A stretch of DNA of 64,000 nucleotides from Deltaproteobacteria bacterium (lineage in GTDB: Bacteria > Myxococcota_A > Polyangia > Haliangiales > Haliangiaceae). Positions 23,959 through 32,868 of this stretch are shown piece by piece (the stretch's first letter is position 1; each line of letters begins with the position of its first letter). The DNA lies in contig JACCTC010000317.1 of the NCBI GenBank assembly GCA_013812655.1, forward strand, positions 19,002-83,001, given 5' to 3'. A program made the translations under genes and the position numbers. The notes beneath the pieces were generated by a model that was not told where the DNA came from, made no database searches, and worked only from the letters and a program-made list of their open reading frames with translations.

Positions 23959-26006
23959 CGCTTGCGGCGGAAGGGATCGAGCGTGTCGCTCGGATCGATC
24001 TTGTCGGGCTTCTTCACGGGATCGGGTTTCTTGATCACGGGCTCGGGCTTGGTCTCGACAGGAACCGGCTCGGGCTTGGGCTCGGGCTTGGACTCGGGCT
24101 CGACCTTGTCCTTCGGTTTGACGATCTTGCCGGTCTTGATCCGCGTGGTCTTCGTGGTCTTCGTCGGGACCGGCCCGTCGGACGCGGCGGGTCCGTCGGG
24201 CGCGACTGGCCTGGTGATCGAGCCATCGCTCGTCGGCGCGAGTTGCTCGAGGTTGACCCGGAACTCGCGCGCCTCGCCCGCCAGGTCGACGTGGACGATG
24301 CCGTCGCGGTAGCCGGCGCTGCGCACGACGAACGAGCGGCGCAGCTTCGAGCCGCCATCGTCGAGGTCGACGTTGAACGCGCACGGCGTCTGACACAGCT
24401 CGGCGGACTTGCCCTCGGCGTAGACGCCGCCGCTCGGCAGCGAATCGAAACGGAGCTCGACGTGGCGCGGCCGGGTCGCCGCGGTTTGCTCGATCGGTTG
24501 CTCGATCGGCTGCTCGATCGGCTGCGCTGTCGTCGGCTGCGGCGTTCCTGCAGCTGGCTGGACGAGGTCGTTGTCGTGCGAACGGCCGGCGTACCAGACC
24601 GCAGCGCTGACGCCGAGTCCGACTGCGAGCGCGCCGCCGACGAACCATACCCACCACGGCGTGGCCTGCGCCGGTGGCGCCGCGATCTGGCTGTAGTTCG
24701 AATAGCCGTAGTGCAGAGACGGATTCGCCGAGACCTGTGACGACGAGGCCGGCGTCGGCAGCTGTATCATCGGCACCTGCGGCAGGATGGTGTTCGCCAT
24801 CGGCGGCAGCACGTGCTGTGGCGGCAGTCGCAGCCCACTCGCGGTGAGGTTTGCAAACCCGGGCGGATGGGTCTCCATGCCGCCCAGCATCCCGAGGAGC
24901 GCGTCGCGAAGCTCGAGGATCTGACCGAACCGCTGGTTCGGATCCTTCTCGAGACACCGCATGATCAGCATCTCGAGAATCGGATCCATCGTGCTGCCGG
25001 CCGCGGTCGCGCGCGGCGGGACCGGCATCTCGGTCAGGTGCTTGCGCACGTACTCGCCGAACGAGCGGCCGCGGAACATTGGCTGGCCGCAGAACAGCTC
25101 GTACATGATCGCGCCGAGCGAGTAGATGTCGCTGCGTGCGTCGATGACCATGCCGCCCGCCTGCTCGGGGGACATGTATGCGGGCGTGCCGATCACCGAG
25201 CCGGCAGCGGTCTGAAAGCCGACGTCCTCGTCATCGCGGTTGAGAAGCTTGGCGACGCCAAAATCGAGGAGCTTCACGAGCTCCGCGCCGTCGCTCGTCG
25301 GGATCACGATGATGTTATCGGGCTTGAGGTCGCGGTGGACGACGCCGACCTGATGCGCGGCGCCGAGCCCGTCGCAGATCTGCACGAGGACCGCGAGCGC
25401 CCGCGGCAGATCGATGCCGGTCCGCGCCCACTTGCCGAGGCTCTGGCCCCGGAGAAACTCCATGATGATGAACGTCGTGCCGTCGTCGAGCTCGACGAAG
25501 TCGGTGACGTCGACGATGTTGCGGTGCCGGACGCGGTTGACCGTGCGGGCTTCCTGGAAGAATCGCGCGACGGCATCGCGACGCCGCGCGTAATCGGTGC
25601 GCAGGAGCTTGAGCGCGACCTCGCGGCCGAGCTTGATGTGCTCGGCGCGATACACGTAGCCCATGCCGCCCTTGCCGAGCAGCTCGAGCACGCGATAGCT
25701 GCCGAGCACGGAGTTGAGGCGCTCGGGCTCCTCGCCGCTGGTGCCGCCGCGCGGGATCGGTGGTGGTCGCGGCGCGCGCACCTCGGCCGGTGGCGGGGTC
25801 TTCTTCTGCGCGCTCGGTGATTCGATCTTGGTGCGCTCTTCACGGCGGGCCGCGTCGCGGGTCCCGAGCGCGAGCGACGGATGTGATGGCTCGTCGAGGA
25901 ACTGGTCGTCACCCTCGGGCGGCAACGACAGCGACTGAGTCGGATCGCGGCCAGCGGCCGAGTCGGGCCGGCCGGGAGACCGAGAGCGAGGATCGCGAGT
26001 CGTCAT
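23955..26006 (-). CDS. Ser/Thr protein kinase with TM segment and C-terminal PEGA-like domain
   Basis: GKGGMGYVY, VALK, HRDLKPDNI, DFGVAK and SPEQ motifs. TM segment WWVWFVGGALAVGLGVSAAVWYA. A QPIEQPIEQPIEQ repeat is encoded by a 12-bp x3 repeat at 24486-24521. The PEGA-like tail is LRFDSLPSGGVYAEG. Confidence 0.9.
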   Translation of the reverse strand: MTTRDPRSRSPGRPDSAAGRDPTQSLSLPPEGDDQFLDEPSHPSLALGTRDAARREERTKIESPSAQKKTPPPAEVRAPRPPPIPRGGTSGEEPERLNSVLGSYRVLELLGKGGMGYVYRAEHIKLGREVALKLLRTDYARRRDAVARFFQEARTVNRVRHRNIVDVTDFVELDDGTTFIIMEFLRGQSLGKWARTGIDLPRALAVLVQICDGLGAAHQVGVVHRDLKPDNIIVIPTSDGAELVKLLDFGVAKLLNRDDEDVGFQTAAGSVIGTPAYMSPEQAGGMVIDARSDIYSLGAIMYELFCGQPMFRGRSFGEYVRKHLTEMPVPPRATAAGSTMDPILEMLIMRCLEKDPNQRFGQILELRDALLGMLGGMETHPPGFANLTASGLRLPPQHVLPPMANTILPQVPMIQLPTPASSSQVSANPSLHYGYSNYSQIAAPPAQATPWWVWFVGGALAVGLGVSAAVWYAGRSHDNDLVQPAAGTPQPTTAQPIEQPIEQPIEQTAATRPRHVELRFDSLPSGGVYAEGKSAELCQTPCAFNVDLDDGGSKLRRSFVVRSAGYRDGIVHVDLAGEAREFRVNLEQLAPTSDGSITRPVAPDGPAASDGPVPTKTTKTTRIKTGKIVKPKDKVEPESKPEPKPEPVPVETKPEPVIKKPDPVKKPDKIDPSDTLDPFRRKR

Positions 26007-26060
26007 GCGTTACCCCTCACCCGACCTTGAACGTGCCAGATGACACCGCAGGGGTATCCA

Positions 26061-26090
26061 ATTGTACGATCCAAATCGCAAGCACAGCAA
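26061..26090 (-). promoter_or_regulatory. Possible sigma70-type promoter upstream of the kinase gene
   Basis: Read on the minus strand: TTGCTG, an 18-nt spacer, then TACAAT, in the AT-richer 111-bp spacer. Confidence 0.3.
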
Positions 26091-26117
26091 CCAAACAATT
26101 TCGATGGGTTGACTGTG

Positions 26118-26708
26118 CTACGGACTACACTGCCCGAGGTCACGCAAAGCTGCCGAAATGGCCAGGCGAACCTGTTCGAGCTGCTCGTTCTGGTAACGCG
26201 CCCGGAGTGGCGGAATCGCAGCCGGATCACAGAGATCCCGCATCGCGCGGGCGGCCGCAGCCCGGATGTCCCGGCTGGGGTTGTCGAGGAAGGGGACCAA
26301 GAGCGAGACATCATTAGGATCTCCGCTCTTGGCCACGCCAAGAGCCTCGATCGCCGCACGCAGCATCAACAGGGTCTGACCGCCATGGTCGCCGGGAACG
26401 ACGCTCTCGATCAGGGTGACGAGGGTGTCGTGCAACATCGTGTTGTTGCACGAGCTCAGCGGGCAAAACTGTGGCAAAGCCCGGATCGCCCGCAGCCGGA
26501 CGCCGAAATCGGCCGTCGAATCCTGCGCGATCTGGGAGAGCCGGATCACCGGGTCCTGGTTCGCGAACACGGTCTCGAGCTCCTGGCGGGTCGGGAGCGA
26601 GTCGATCGGAGTCAGCGCGTACTGCACGCTCGGCGCGAGGACTTCCTGCGCACCGCGCGCGGGCAGCGTGCACAGCGCGAGCACGACGACGATGCCGGCA
26701 TGCTTCAT
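26118..26708 (-). CDS. Secreted HEAT-repeat protein
   Basis: Signal peptide MKHAGIVVVLALCTLPARGA. HEAT-like repeats (VRLRAIRALPQF, DIRAAAARAMRDL, AIPPL). ATGA overlap with the upstream gene. Confidence 0.6.
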   Translation of the reverse strand: MKHAGIVVVLALCTLPARGAQEVLAPSVQYALTPIDSLPTRQELETVFANQDPVIRLSQIAQDSTADFGVRLRAIRALPQFCPLSSCNNTMLHDTLVTLIESVVPGDHGGQTLLMLRAAIEALGVAKSGDPNDVSLLVPFLDNPSRDIRAAAARAMRDLCDPAAIPPLRARYQNEQLEQVRLAISAALRDLGQCSP

Positions 26709-28243
26709 CGCAACACCGGACTGCGCGTGAGGATGTTGCGCTGCCCCGGGCTGAGCTCTTCGCCGCCGAGCTCGGAGAAGAACATCAGGTTGTTCTTGGA
26801 CTCGATGTCATCGGTGTCCGCGATCGGATCGGTCCAGCGCGGATCGAGCTCGACGTTGTGATAGAGGCCCATGTAGCGCCCGATCTCGTGCGCCGTCAGT
26901 CGCGCGAGCTGCCGCCATGAGCGATAGCAGAGCGTGTCGATGCCGATCACGATGCCGGACTTTCGGGTGCCGGCGAGCCCCGCGGGTCCGGGACCCGGGC
27001 CAAATGCCTGGAGCCCGACCGGCGACAGCGTACGAACGAAGAACACGTTGATGCCCTTGGCGTGCGCCCCGAGCGCGAGCAGCGCGCCGGCATCAACGAT
27101 GTCGAGTCCGTCGAGCTCGGGGTGATTCGGCACGTCGTGATACGTGACACCGCCGAGCGCGATGCCACCGCGAGAGAAGATGCCGCGGATCTGTCCGAGG
27201 AAGTCTGACTGGAAGAAGCTCTCGGTGGAGGCCGTCGCGGCGTCCAGGCCGGCATCGAAGGCGGGGGCGCATGGGTGATCGTCGAGGTCGAGGAAGTAGA
27301 GGTGGAGGTCGAGGATCACCGCCGAGTCGAGCCGGATCACCGCGGTGACGTTCGGGATCGCCGAGCCCGCCGTGCCGTTCGGGCGAAACGATGACGCGAG
27401 CACGCGATACGCGCCGGTCTCGAGCGCGACCTGCGGGTTCGAGGGCATCGCGAGCACCGACTGCCCGGGCTCGGGCCGGTGGCGGACGAGGTTCGCGTAG
27501 TACTGCTGATTCGATTCGTCGAGGCTGCACGTCGCGACGCTCGGATCGCATGGCACCCGGTACAGCGCCGTCCCGGTCGGGGACCGGACCGAGACCGCCC
27601 CGACCTTCTGCGCCGCATCATCGACGCTGAACACCAGCGACGCGTAGCTCGCCCGCTCGGGGACAGGTAACAGGATCTCGGCGTTCGGCGCGAGCACCGG
27701 GATCGACCACACGACGTTCCCCTGCGCGAGCAGGCAGCCGCCGAAGAGCGCGCCCGCAGCCTCGACGCGCGGGATCGCCATGCAGGCCTGACCGGCGGCG
27801 CAATCGCGATTGTTCGCGCAGAGGTCGAGGCAGTGCCCGAGCCCGCACGTGCCGTTGCGACAGTCGCTGTCGGTCACGCAGGCGGCGCCGGCGGGGCGCC
27901 CTGTGTTCGAGGCGGTGCAGCTCGCGAGGAGCCGGTCGCGTTCGTTGACGGTGTCGCCGTCGATCTGGCAGGACAGGCCGGTCGCGCACTCGACCTCGCT
28001 GGTGCAGCCATCGCCGAGTTGCCCGGTCGCACGCCGGCAGTAGCCGTCGCCATCGCATGCGTAGCCGTCGCCACACTCGGGGGCGCGCTGGCAGCGCGGC
28101 ACACAGACGTCCGCCACGCATTGGAGGTTCGCGGCGCAGTCGGCGTGACCGCCACAGGGGGATCCGATGCCAGCGTCCCCGCCAGGGCACCCCGTGAGGG
28201 CCACCACGACGAGTAGGTGAACAGAGAGTGTTGCGTGTCGCAT
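26705..28243 (-). CDS. Metzincin-like lipoprotein with Cys-rich N-terminal repeats and a degenerate zinc motif
   Basis: The start MRHATLSVHLLVVVALTGC (lipobox) is at 28243. A Cys-rich repeat region follows. The C-terminal AHEIGRYMGLYH...NLMFF is a metzincin HExxHxxGxxH plus Met-turn pattern, with Arg in place of the second His. Confidence 0.65.
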   Translation of the reverse strand: MRHATLSVHLLVVVALTGCPGGDAGIGSPCGGHADCAANLQCVADVCVPRCQRAPECGDGYACDGDGYCRRATGQLGDGCTSEVECATGLSCQIDGDTVNERDRLLASCTASNTGRPAGAACVTDSDCRNGTCGLGHCLDLCANNRDCAAGQACMAIPRVEAAGALFGGCLLAQGNVVWSIPVLAPNAEILLPVPERASYASLVFSVDDAAQKVGAVSVRSPTGTALYRVPCDPSVATCSLDESNQQYYANLVRHRPEPGQSVLAMPSNPQVALETGAYRVLASSFRPNGTAGSAIPNVTAVIRLDSAVILDLHLYFLDLDDHPCAPAFDAGLDAATASTESFFQSDFLGQIRGIFSRGGIALGGVTYHDVPNHPELDGLDIVDAGALLALGAHAKGINVFFVRTLSPVGLQAFGPGPGPAGLAGTRKSGIVIGIDTLCYRSWRQLARLTAHEIGRYMGLYHNVELDPRWTDPIADTDDIESKNNLMFFSELGGEELSPGQRNILTRSPVLR

Positions 28244-28295
28244 CGGACGGCGCCTGCACGGAGTATATAATGTCGGCCACTTCGGGGGACCCAAC

Positions 28296-29117
28296 ATGCG
28301 GTTTCGACTAGCTCAGCTTTGTGCGGTTACTGTCGCCTCGGGCGTCGCCTCGGGCGCCGTGCTGGCCGTGGTTACCAGTGGTCAAGCTCACGCGCAGGCC
28401 GCGCTCGACGATACGAGCACGACTCCCGCATCGGGAGAACCCGTAGGAGTCGCTGCAGAAGAGAAAGAGAAAGACGCCGTCGAGTACGGCGTCGGCATCC
28501 GGCTCCGCAACGTGCGGGTCCCGCAGTTCGAGATGGAGCTGTTCCTCGAGCGCGCGCCCGGTGGCTCGAGCAACGTCGGCTTCGGCGTCGACCTCACGAG
28601 GCGCCGCGGCAGCGTCGAGCTCCAGCTCGGCTTCGAGTACGAGAACATCACGCCGGCCGAGGGCGTGTGGATCGCGAGCGGCGATAACGTGGCCACCGGC
28701 GACGAGGCGGACTATCTGCTGTCGCCGGATAGCTCTGGCAAGACGCTCGGGTGGTTCACGATCGAGTTCACGTTCCTGAATCACGCGCCGATCACGAAGC
28801 AGCTGGCGTTTCGCTACGGCGGCGGTGCGGGGCTCGGGATCATCACCGGCGAGCTGCGCCGCTACAACATCATCTGCGCTCCCGGCGCGACGAACTCGAG
28901 CCCCGAGCCCGACTGCGTGCCGCCGCGGTTCGGCGGCCGCGGTTCGTACAGCGAGGGCACCGAGACCCAGGTGAAGTACAACCTGCCGCCGGTGTTCCCG
29001 GTGGTCAACGCGATCATCGGCCTGCAGTACAAGCCCGCCGAGAAGGTCACGATCAACCTCGAGGGCGGCATCCGGACGCTGTTCTTCTTCGGGCTCTCGG
29101 GCTCGTACTTCTTCTAG
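28296..29117 (+). CDS. Outer-membrane beta-barrel protein (putative)
   Basis: Signal peptide ending AHAQA, alternating beta-strand pattern and C-terminal ...GLSGSYFF with terminal Phe. A TATAAT hexamer at 28266-28271 lies upstream. Confidence 0.55.
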   Translation: MRFRLAQLCAVTVASGVASGAVLAVVTSGQAHAQAALDDTSTTPASGEPVGVAAEEKEKDAVEYGVGIRLRNVRVPQFEMELFLERAPGGSSNVGFGVDLTRRRGSVELQLGFEYENITPAEGVWIASGDNVATGDEADYLLSPDSSGKTLGWFTIEFTFLNHAPITKQLAFRYGGGAGLGIITGELRRYNIICAPGATNSSPEPDCVPPRFGGRGSYSEGTETQVKYNLPPVFPVVNAIIGLQYKPAEKVTINLEGGIRTLFFFGLSGSYFF

Positions 29118-29143
29118 GCGCGCCGCGCGCCAGAGTCTCGCGC

Positions 29144-31042
29144 GTGATCCATCCGATCGTCCTCGGCACGGCCGGTCACATCGACCACGGCAAGACGTCG
29201 CTCGTGCGCGCGTTGACCGGGATCGATACCGATCGACTCGCCGTCGAGAAGGCTCGCGGAATCACGACCGAGCTCGGCTTCGCGCGGCTCGATCTCGGCG
29301 AGCGGCGGATCGCCGTCATCGACGTGCCAGGCCACGAGCGCTTCGTGAAGTCGATGGTGGCCGGCGCGACCGGGCTCGATCTGGTGTGCCTGGTGATCGC
29401 CGCCGACGAGGGCGTGATGCCGCAGACCCGCGAGCACCTCGACATCTGCGAGCTGCTCGGCGTGCGGCGCGGCTTGATCGTGCTCGCGAAGCGCGATCTC
29501 GTCGACGACGAGTGGCTCGCGATGATCACCGGTGAGGTCCGCGCGGCGGTCGCCGGGACGTTTCTCGCAGCCGCGCCGATCGTCCCGGTGTCGACGAAGA
29601 CCGAGGTCGGGATGCCCGAGCTGCGGCAGGCGATCGCCAAGGTGATCGACGAGCTGCCGCCTCGCGCGCACGCCGGTGTGTTCCGGCTGCCGGTCGATCG
29701 CGTGTTCACGCTCAAGGGTTTCGGCACGATCGTGACCGGGACGATCCTCGGCGGTGAGGTCGCGATCGGCGACGAGCTCGAGGTGATCCCGAGTGGCCTG
29801 ACGGCGCGCGTGCGCGGCGTCGAGGTGCATGGCGCGGCCGTCGACCGCGCGATCGCGGGACATCGTGCGGCACTTAACCTGGGCGGCGTCGCCGTCGAGG
29901 ATCTCGCGCGCGGCGATCTGCTGTGTCACCCCGGCCGGGTCGCCGGTTCGCACATCCTCGACATCGAGCTGCGCTACCTGACGACCGCTCCCGGTCCGCT
30001 CGCGCCGCGCACCAAGGTGCTTGTCCACCACGGCACCACGCAGGTCCTCGCGACGCTCGCGCTCGTCGAGCAGACCGAGCTCTTGCCGGGCAGCACGGCC
30101 CTCGCGCAGCTGCGTCTCGACGCGACCACGCCGCTCGGCGCGCTGCCCGACGATCGCTTCATCGTTCGCGGCTTCGTGACGACTGCGACGCACGGGACCA
30201 CGATCGGGGGCGGCCGCATCGTTCGCGTGCTCGCACCCAAGGCGCGCAAGGGCTCCGGCCACGCGGCGACCGTCACCGCCCTCGCAGCGGCGCGCTTCGA
30301 TGAGCGGCTCGCGCTCGACGTCCGCGCGGCTTCGTTCGCCGGCCTCGAGATCGGTGATCTCGTTCGCCGGCTCGGCGTCCCGATCACCGTGCTCGTCGAT
30401 CCGCTCGCCACGCTGGTCGCGACCGGCGAGCTGCTGCAGACCGGCGAGGGCGAGCGCGCGCACTACCTGCACGCCCGCGCCGTCGCCGAGCTCGAGGCCA
30501 AGATCCTCGCGCTCGTCGGGGCCGGGGCCGACGGCGCGCTCCGCGAGGAGGTGCGCACCCAGCTGCCGCCAGCGCTGTCGACCCGCGCCTACGACGCGAT
30601 CGTCGCCGGGCTCGAGAAGCGTGGCGCGATCACGAGCGCCGCCGATCGCATCCGCAAGGCCAGTGCGCCACCGCGCGCCGCGCTCTCACCGATCGAGACC
30701 AAGCTTGCCGCCCAGCTCGAAGCGTGGGGCGTCGAGCCGCAGCGCCCCAAGGAGATCCCTGCCGCAGTGGGGCTCACCGAGGCGCAGACCAAGGCCGCAC
30801 TCGATCGCCTCGTCGCCGCCAAGCTCGTGCTCCGCATCAAGCCGGATCTGCTGATGCACGCCGACGTCGTCGCGAAGCTGCGCACCAAGCTGCTCGCGTT
30901 CCTCGAGGAGCACAAGACGATCGATGCGCAGCAGTGGAAGGATCTGACCGGCGCGAGCCGCAAGTTCACGATCCCGCTCGCCGAGTACTTCGACGCCGAG
31001 AAGGTCACGCTGCGCGTCGGCGACCTGCGCCGCAAACGCTAA
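29144..31042 (+). CDS. selB: Selenocysteine-specific translation elongation factor
   Basis: GTG start at 29144. VIHPIVLGTAGHIDHGKTSLVRALTGIDTDRLAVEKARGITTELGFA, then DVPGHERF. 632 aa with a long C-terminal extension of the type that binds SECIS. Confidence 0.85.
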   Translation: MIHPIVLGTAGHIDHGKTSLVRALTGIDTDRLAVEKARGITTELGFARLDLGERRIAVIDVPGHERFVKSMVAGATGLDLVCLVIAADEGVMPQTREHLDICELLGVRRGLIVLAKRDLVDDEWLAMITGEVRAAVAGTFLAAAPIVPVSTKTEVGMPELRQAIAKVIDELPPRAHAGVFRLPVDRVFTLKGFGTIVTGTILGGEVAIGDELEVIPSGLTARVRGVEVHGAAVDRAIAGHRAALNLGGVAVEDLARGDLLCHPGRVAGSHILDIELRYLTTAPGPLAPRTKVLVHHGTTQVLATLALVEQTELLPGSTALAQLRLDATTPLGALPDDRFIVRGFVTTATHGTTIGGGRIVRVLAPKARKGSGHAATVTALAAARFDERLALDVRAASFAGLEIGDLVRRLGVPITVLVDPLATLVATGELLQTGEGERAHYLHARAVAELEAKILALVGAGADGALREEVRTQLPPALSTRAYDAIVAGLEKRGAITSAADRIRKASAPPRAALSPIETKLAAQLEAWGVEPQRPKEIPAAVGLTEAQTKAALDRLVAAKLVLRIKPDLLMHADVVAKLRTKLLAFLEEHKTIDAQQWKDLTGASRKFTIPLAEYFDAEKVTLRVGDLRRKR

Positions 31043-31156
31043 GCGGCGGTCGCCACAACAACCTTGGCGTCGTGGCGTCGTGGCGTTCGATCAATCTGCG
31101 GATGAGCGAGCAACGACGGTCGTCACATCGATGAGTGGAGCCGCCCGACCTGGCGG

Positions 31157-32833
31157 TTACAGGTCGCGCAGCTCGCGCTTGAGAACCTTGCCGGTCGGGT
31201 TGCGCGGCAGCTCCTCGAGGAACGTCACCTTGCGCGGGCGTTTGAAGTCGGCGAGGCCCGTGCGGCAGAAGTCGATGACCTCGGTCTCGGTGATCGACTG
31301 GCCGGTTCGCAGGACGATGAAGGCGCGAAGTGTCTCGCCCCACTCGGGATCGGGCACGCCGACGACGGCGGCCTCGAGGATCGCCGGGTGGTTGTTGAGG
31401 TGGTCCTCGATCTCGCGCGGGTAGATGTTCACGCCGCCGGAGATCACCATGTCGTGCTTGCGGGACTCGAGGAAGTAATAGCCGTCGTCGTCGACGCGTC
31501 CGAGATCCCCGACCGAGTAGTAGCCATCGCGCTGCGCCGAGGTCGTGGCCTCGTCGTTGTTGTGGTACCCCGACATCAGCGTCGAGTTGCGAGCGTAGAG
31601 CTCGCCAACGCCACCGCGGTCGACGTCGTGGCCGGCGTCGTCGAGGAGCCGGATCTCGTTGCCGCGCAACGCGCGTCCGATCGTGCCCGGCCGGTTGACG
31701 TGATCGTGCGGGCCCGCGAGCGTGACGAGGCCAGTCTCGGTCGCGCCGTAGAAGTTCCACAGCACGGGGCCGAAGTGCTCCATGAAGCGACGTGCGGCCT
31801 CGGTCGTCAGCGGCGCAGCGGCCGACATCACCCAGCGCAGCGACCGGGTGTCGTACTTCGCGAGCGTCTCGGCGGGCAGGTTCGAGATCCGGATCAGCAT
31901 TGTCGGGACCATCAGCGTGCACGTGATGCGCTCGCGCTGGATGATGTCGAGCGCGCCTTCGAGATCGAAGTGGTTCATCAGCACGACGGTCGCGCCGAGC
32001 GACATCATGATCGCGACGAAGGCCGGCGCGGCGCTGTGATAGAGCGGGCACACGACGAGGTGGCGATCGTCGGAGCGCGCTCCGACCTGCAGGATCATGT
32101 CGGCGACCGACTCGAATCCGGTCTTGCGCCACGAGCGGTTCGCGCCCTTCGGCTTGCCGGTGGTGCCCGACGTGTAGACGATGACGCCGCCGCCATCTCC
32201 GCCCTTCGTGCGCGGTGGCATCACGGGCGAGGCCTCGGCGAGCGCCTGGTCCCAGTCGACGAGGTCACCGGCGAGCTTGCCATCGCTGTCGATCACGATC
32301 ATCGGCCCGCCGCGCTTCGTCGAGATGCGGGCCTCGTTCATCGCGTCGATGTACGAGGCGTGGACGAGCGTCGCGACCGGTTCGGCGTTCTCGAGGATGT
32401 ACGCGATCTCGCCGGCCTTCGAGCGGTAGCCGATCTGCACCGCGGTCGCGCCGAGGCGAGCGAGGGCCTGCTGCGCGATCAGGTACTCGCTGCAGTTCGG
32501 CAGCATGATCGCGACGCGCGTGCCGCCGCGGACGCCGCGCTGGACGAAGGCCTGCGCGAGTCGGTTGATCGTCGCGTCGAACTCGCCCCACGTCAGCCGC
32601 TTGACACCATGCTCGCCGTACTCGACGAGTGCCTCCTTGTCGGGGTGGGCGGCGGCGTGGAACATCACGGCGAGGTGCGGGCCGAGCGCGCTCTGGCGTG
32701 CGCCCTTCACGAACTGCGCGAGCTGGGTGGGCCGCAGCGGCGTGACCACCTTGCTGGCGCGCAGCACCTTGCCGAAGAACAGCGCGCGCTCGACTCGACG
32801 ACGGATGGCATCCAGCACGCCGCGAAGATACAT
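31157..32833 (-). CDS. AMP-dependent acyl-CoA synthetase/ligase
   Basis: The start MYLRGV is at 32833. AMP-binding motif VIVYTSGTTGKPKGA, then YGATE and a C-terminal GKVLKRELR. Confidence 0.85.
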   Translation of the reverse strand: MYLRGVLDAIRRRVERALFFGKVLRASKVVTPLRPTQLAQFVKGARQSALGPHLAVMFHAAAHPDKEALVEYGEHGVKRLTWGEFDATINRLAQAFVQRGVRGGTRVAIMLPNCSEYLIAQQALARLGATAVQIGYRSKAGEIAYILENAEPVATLVHASYIDAMNEARISTKRGGPMIVIDSDGKLAGDLVDWDQALAEASPVMPPRTKGGDGGGVIVYTSGTTGKPKGANRSWRKTGFESVADMILQVGARSDDRHLVVCPLYHSAAPAFVAIMMSLGATVVLMNHFDLEGALDIIQRERITCTLMVPTMLIRISNLPAETLAKYDTRSLRWVMSAAAPLTTEAARRFMEHFGPVLWNFYGATETGLVTLAGPHDHVNRPGTIGRALRGNEIRLLDDAGHDVDRGGVGELYARNSTLMSGYHNNDEATTSAQRDGYYSVGDLGRVDDDGYYFLESRKHDMVISGGVNIYPREIEDHLNNHPAILEAAVVGVPDPEWGETLRAFIVLRTGQSITETEVIDFCRTGLADFKRPRKVTFLEELPRNPTGKVLKRELRDL

Positions 32834-32868
32834 GCTGGACCGCGGTCGCGCGCGGGATCCGCGCCGGG

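Noticed and set aside
26020-26040. Perfect sigma54 -24 element (CTGGCACG on the minus strand) 30 nt upstream of the kinase start
   Set aside because: The -12 position reads CAAGG instead of TTGC, so the near-invariant GC is missing. It is probably a chance match. A sigma70-like TTGCTG-N18-TACAAT further upstream is a better candidate.
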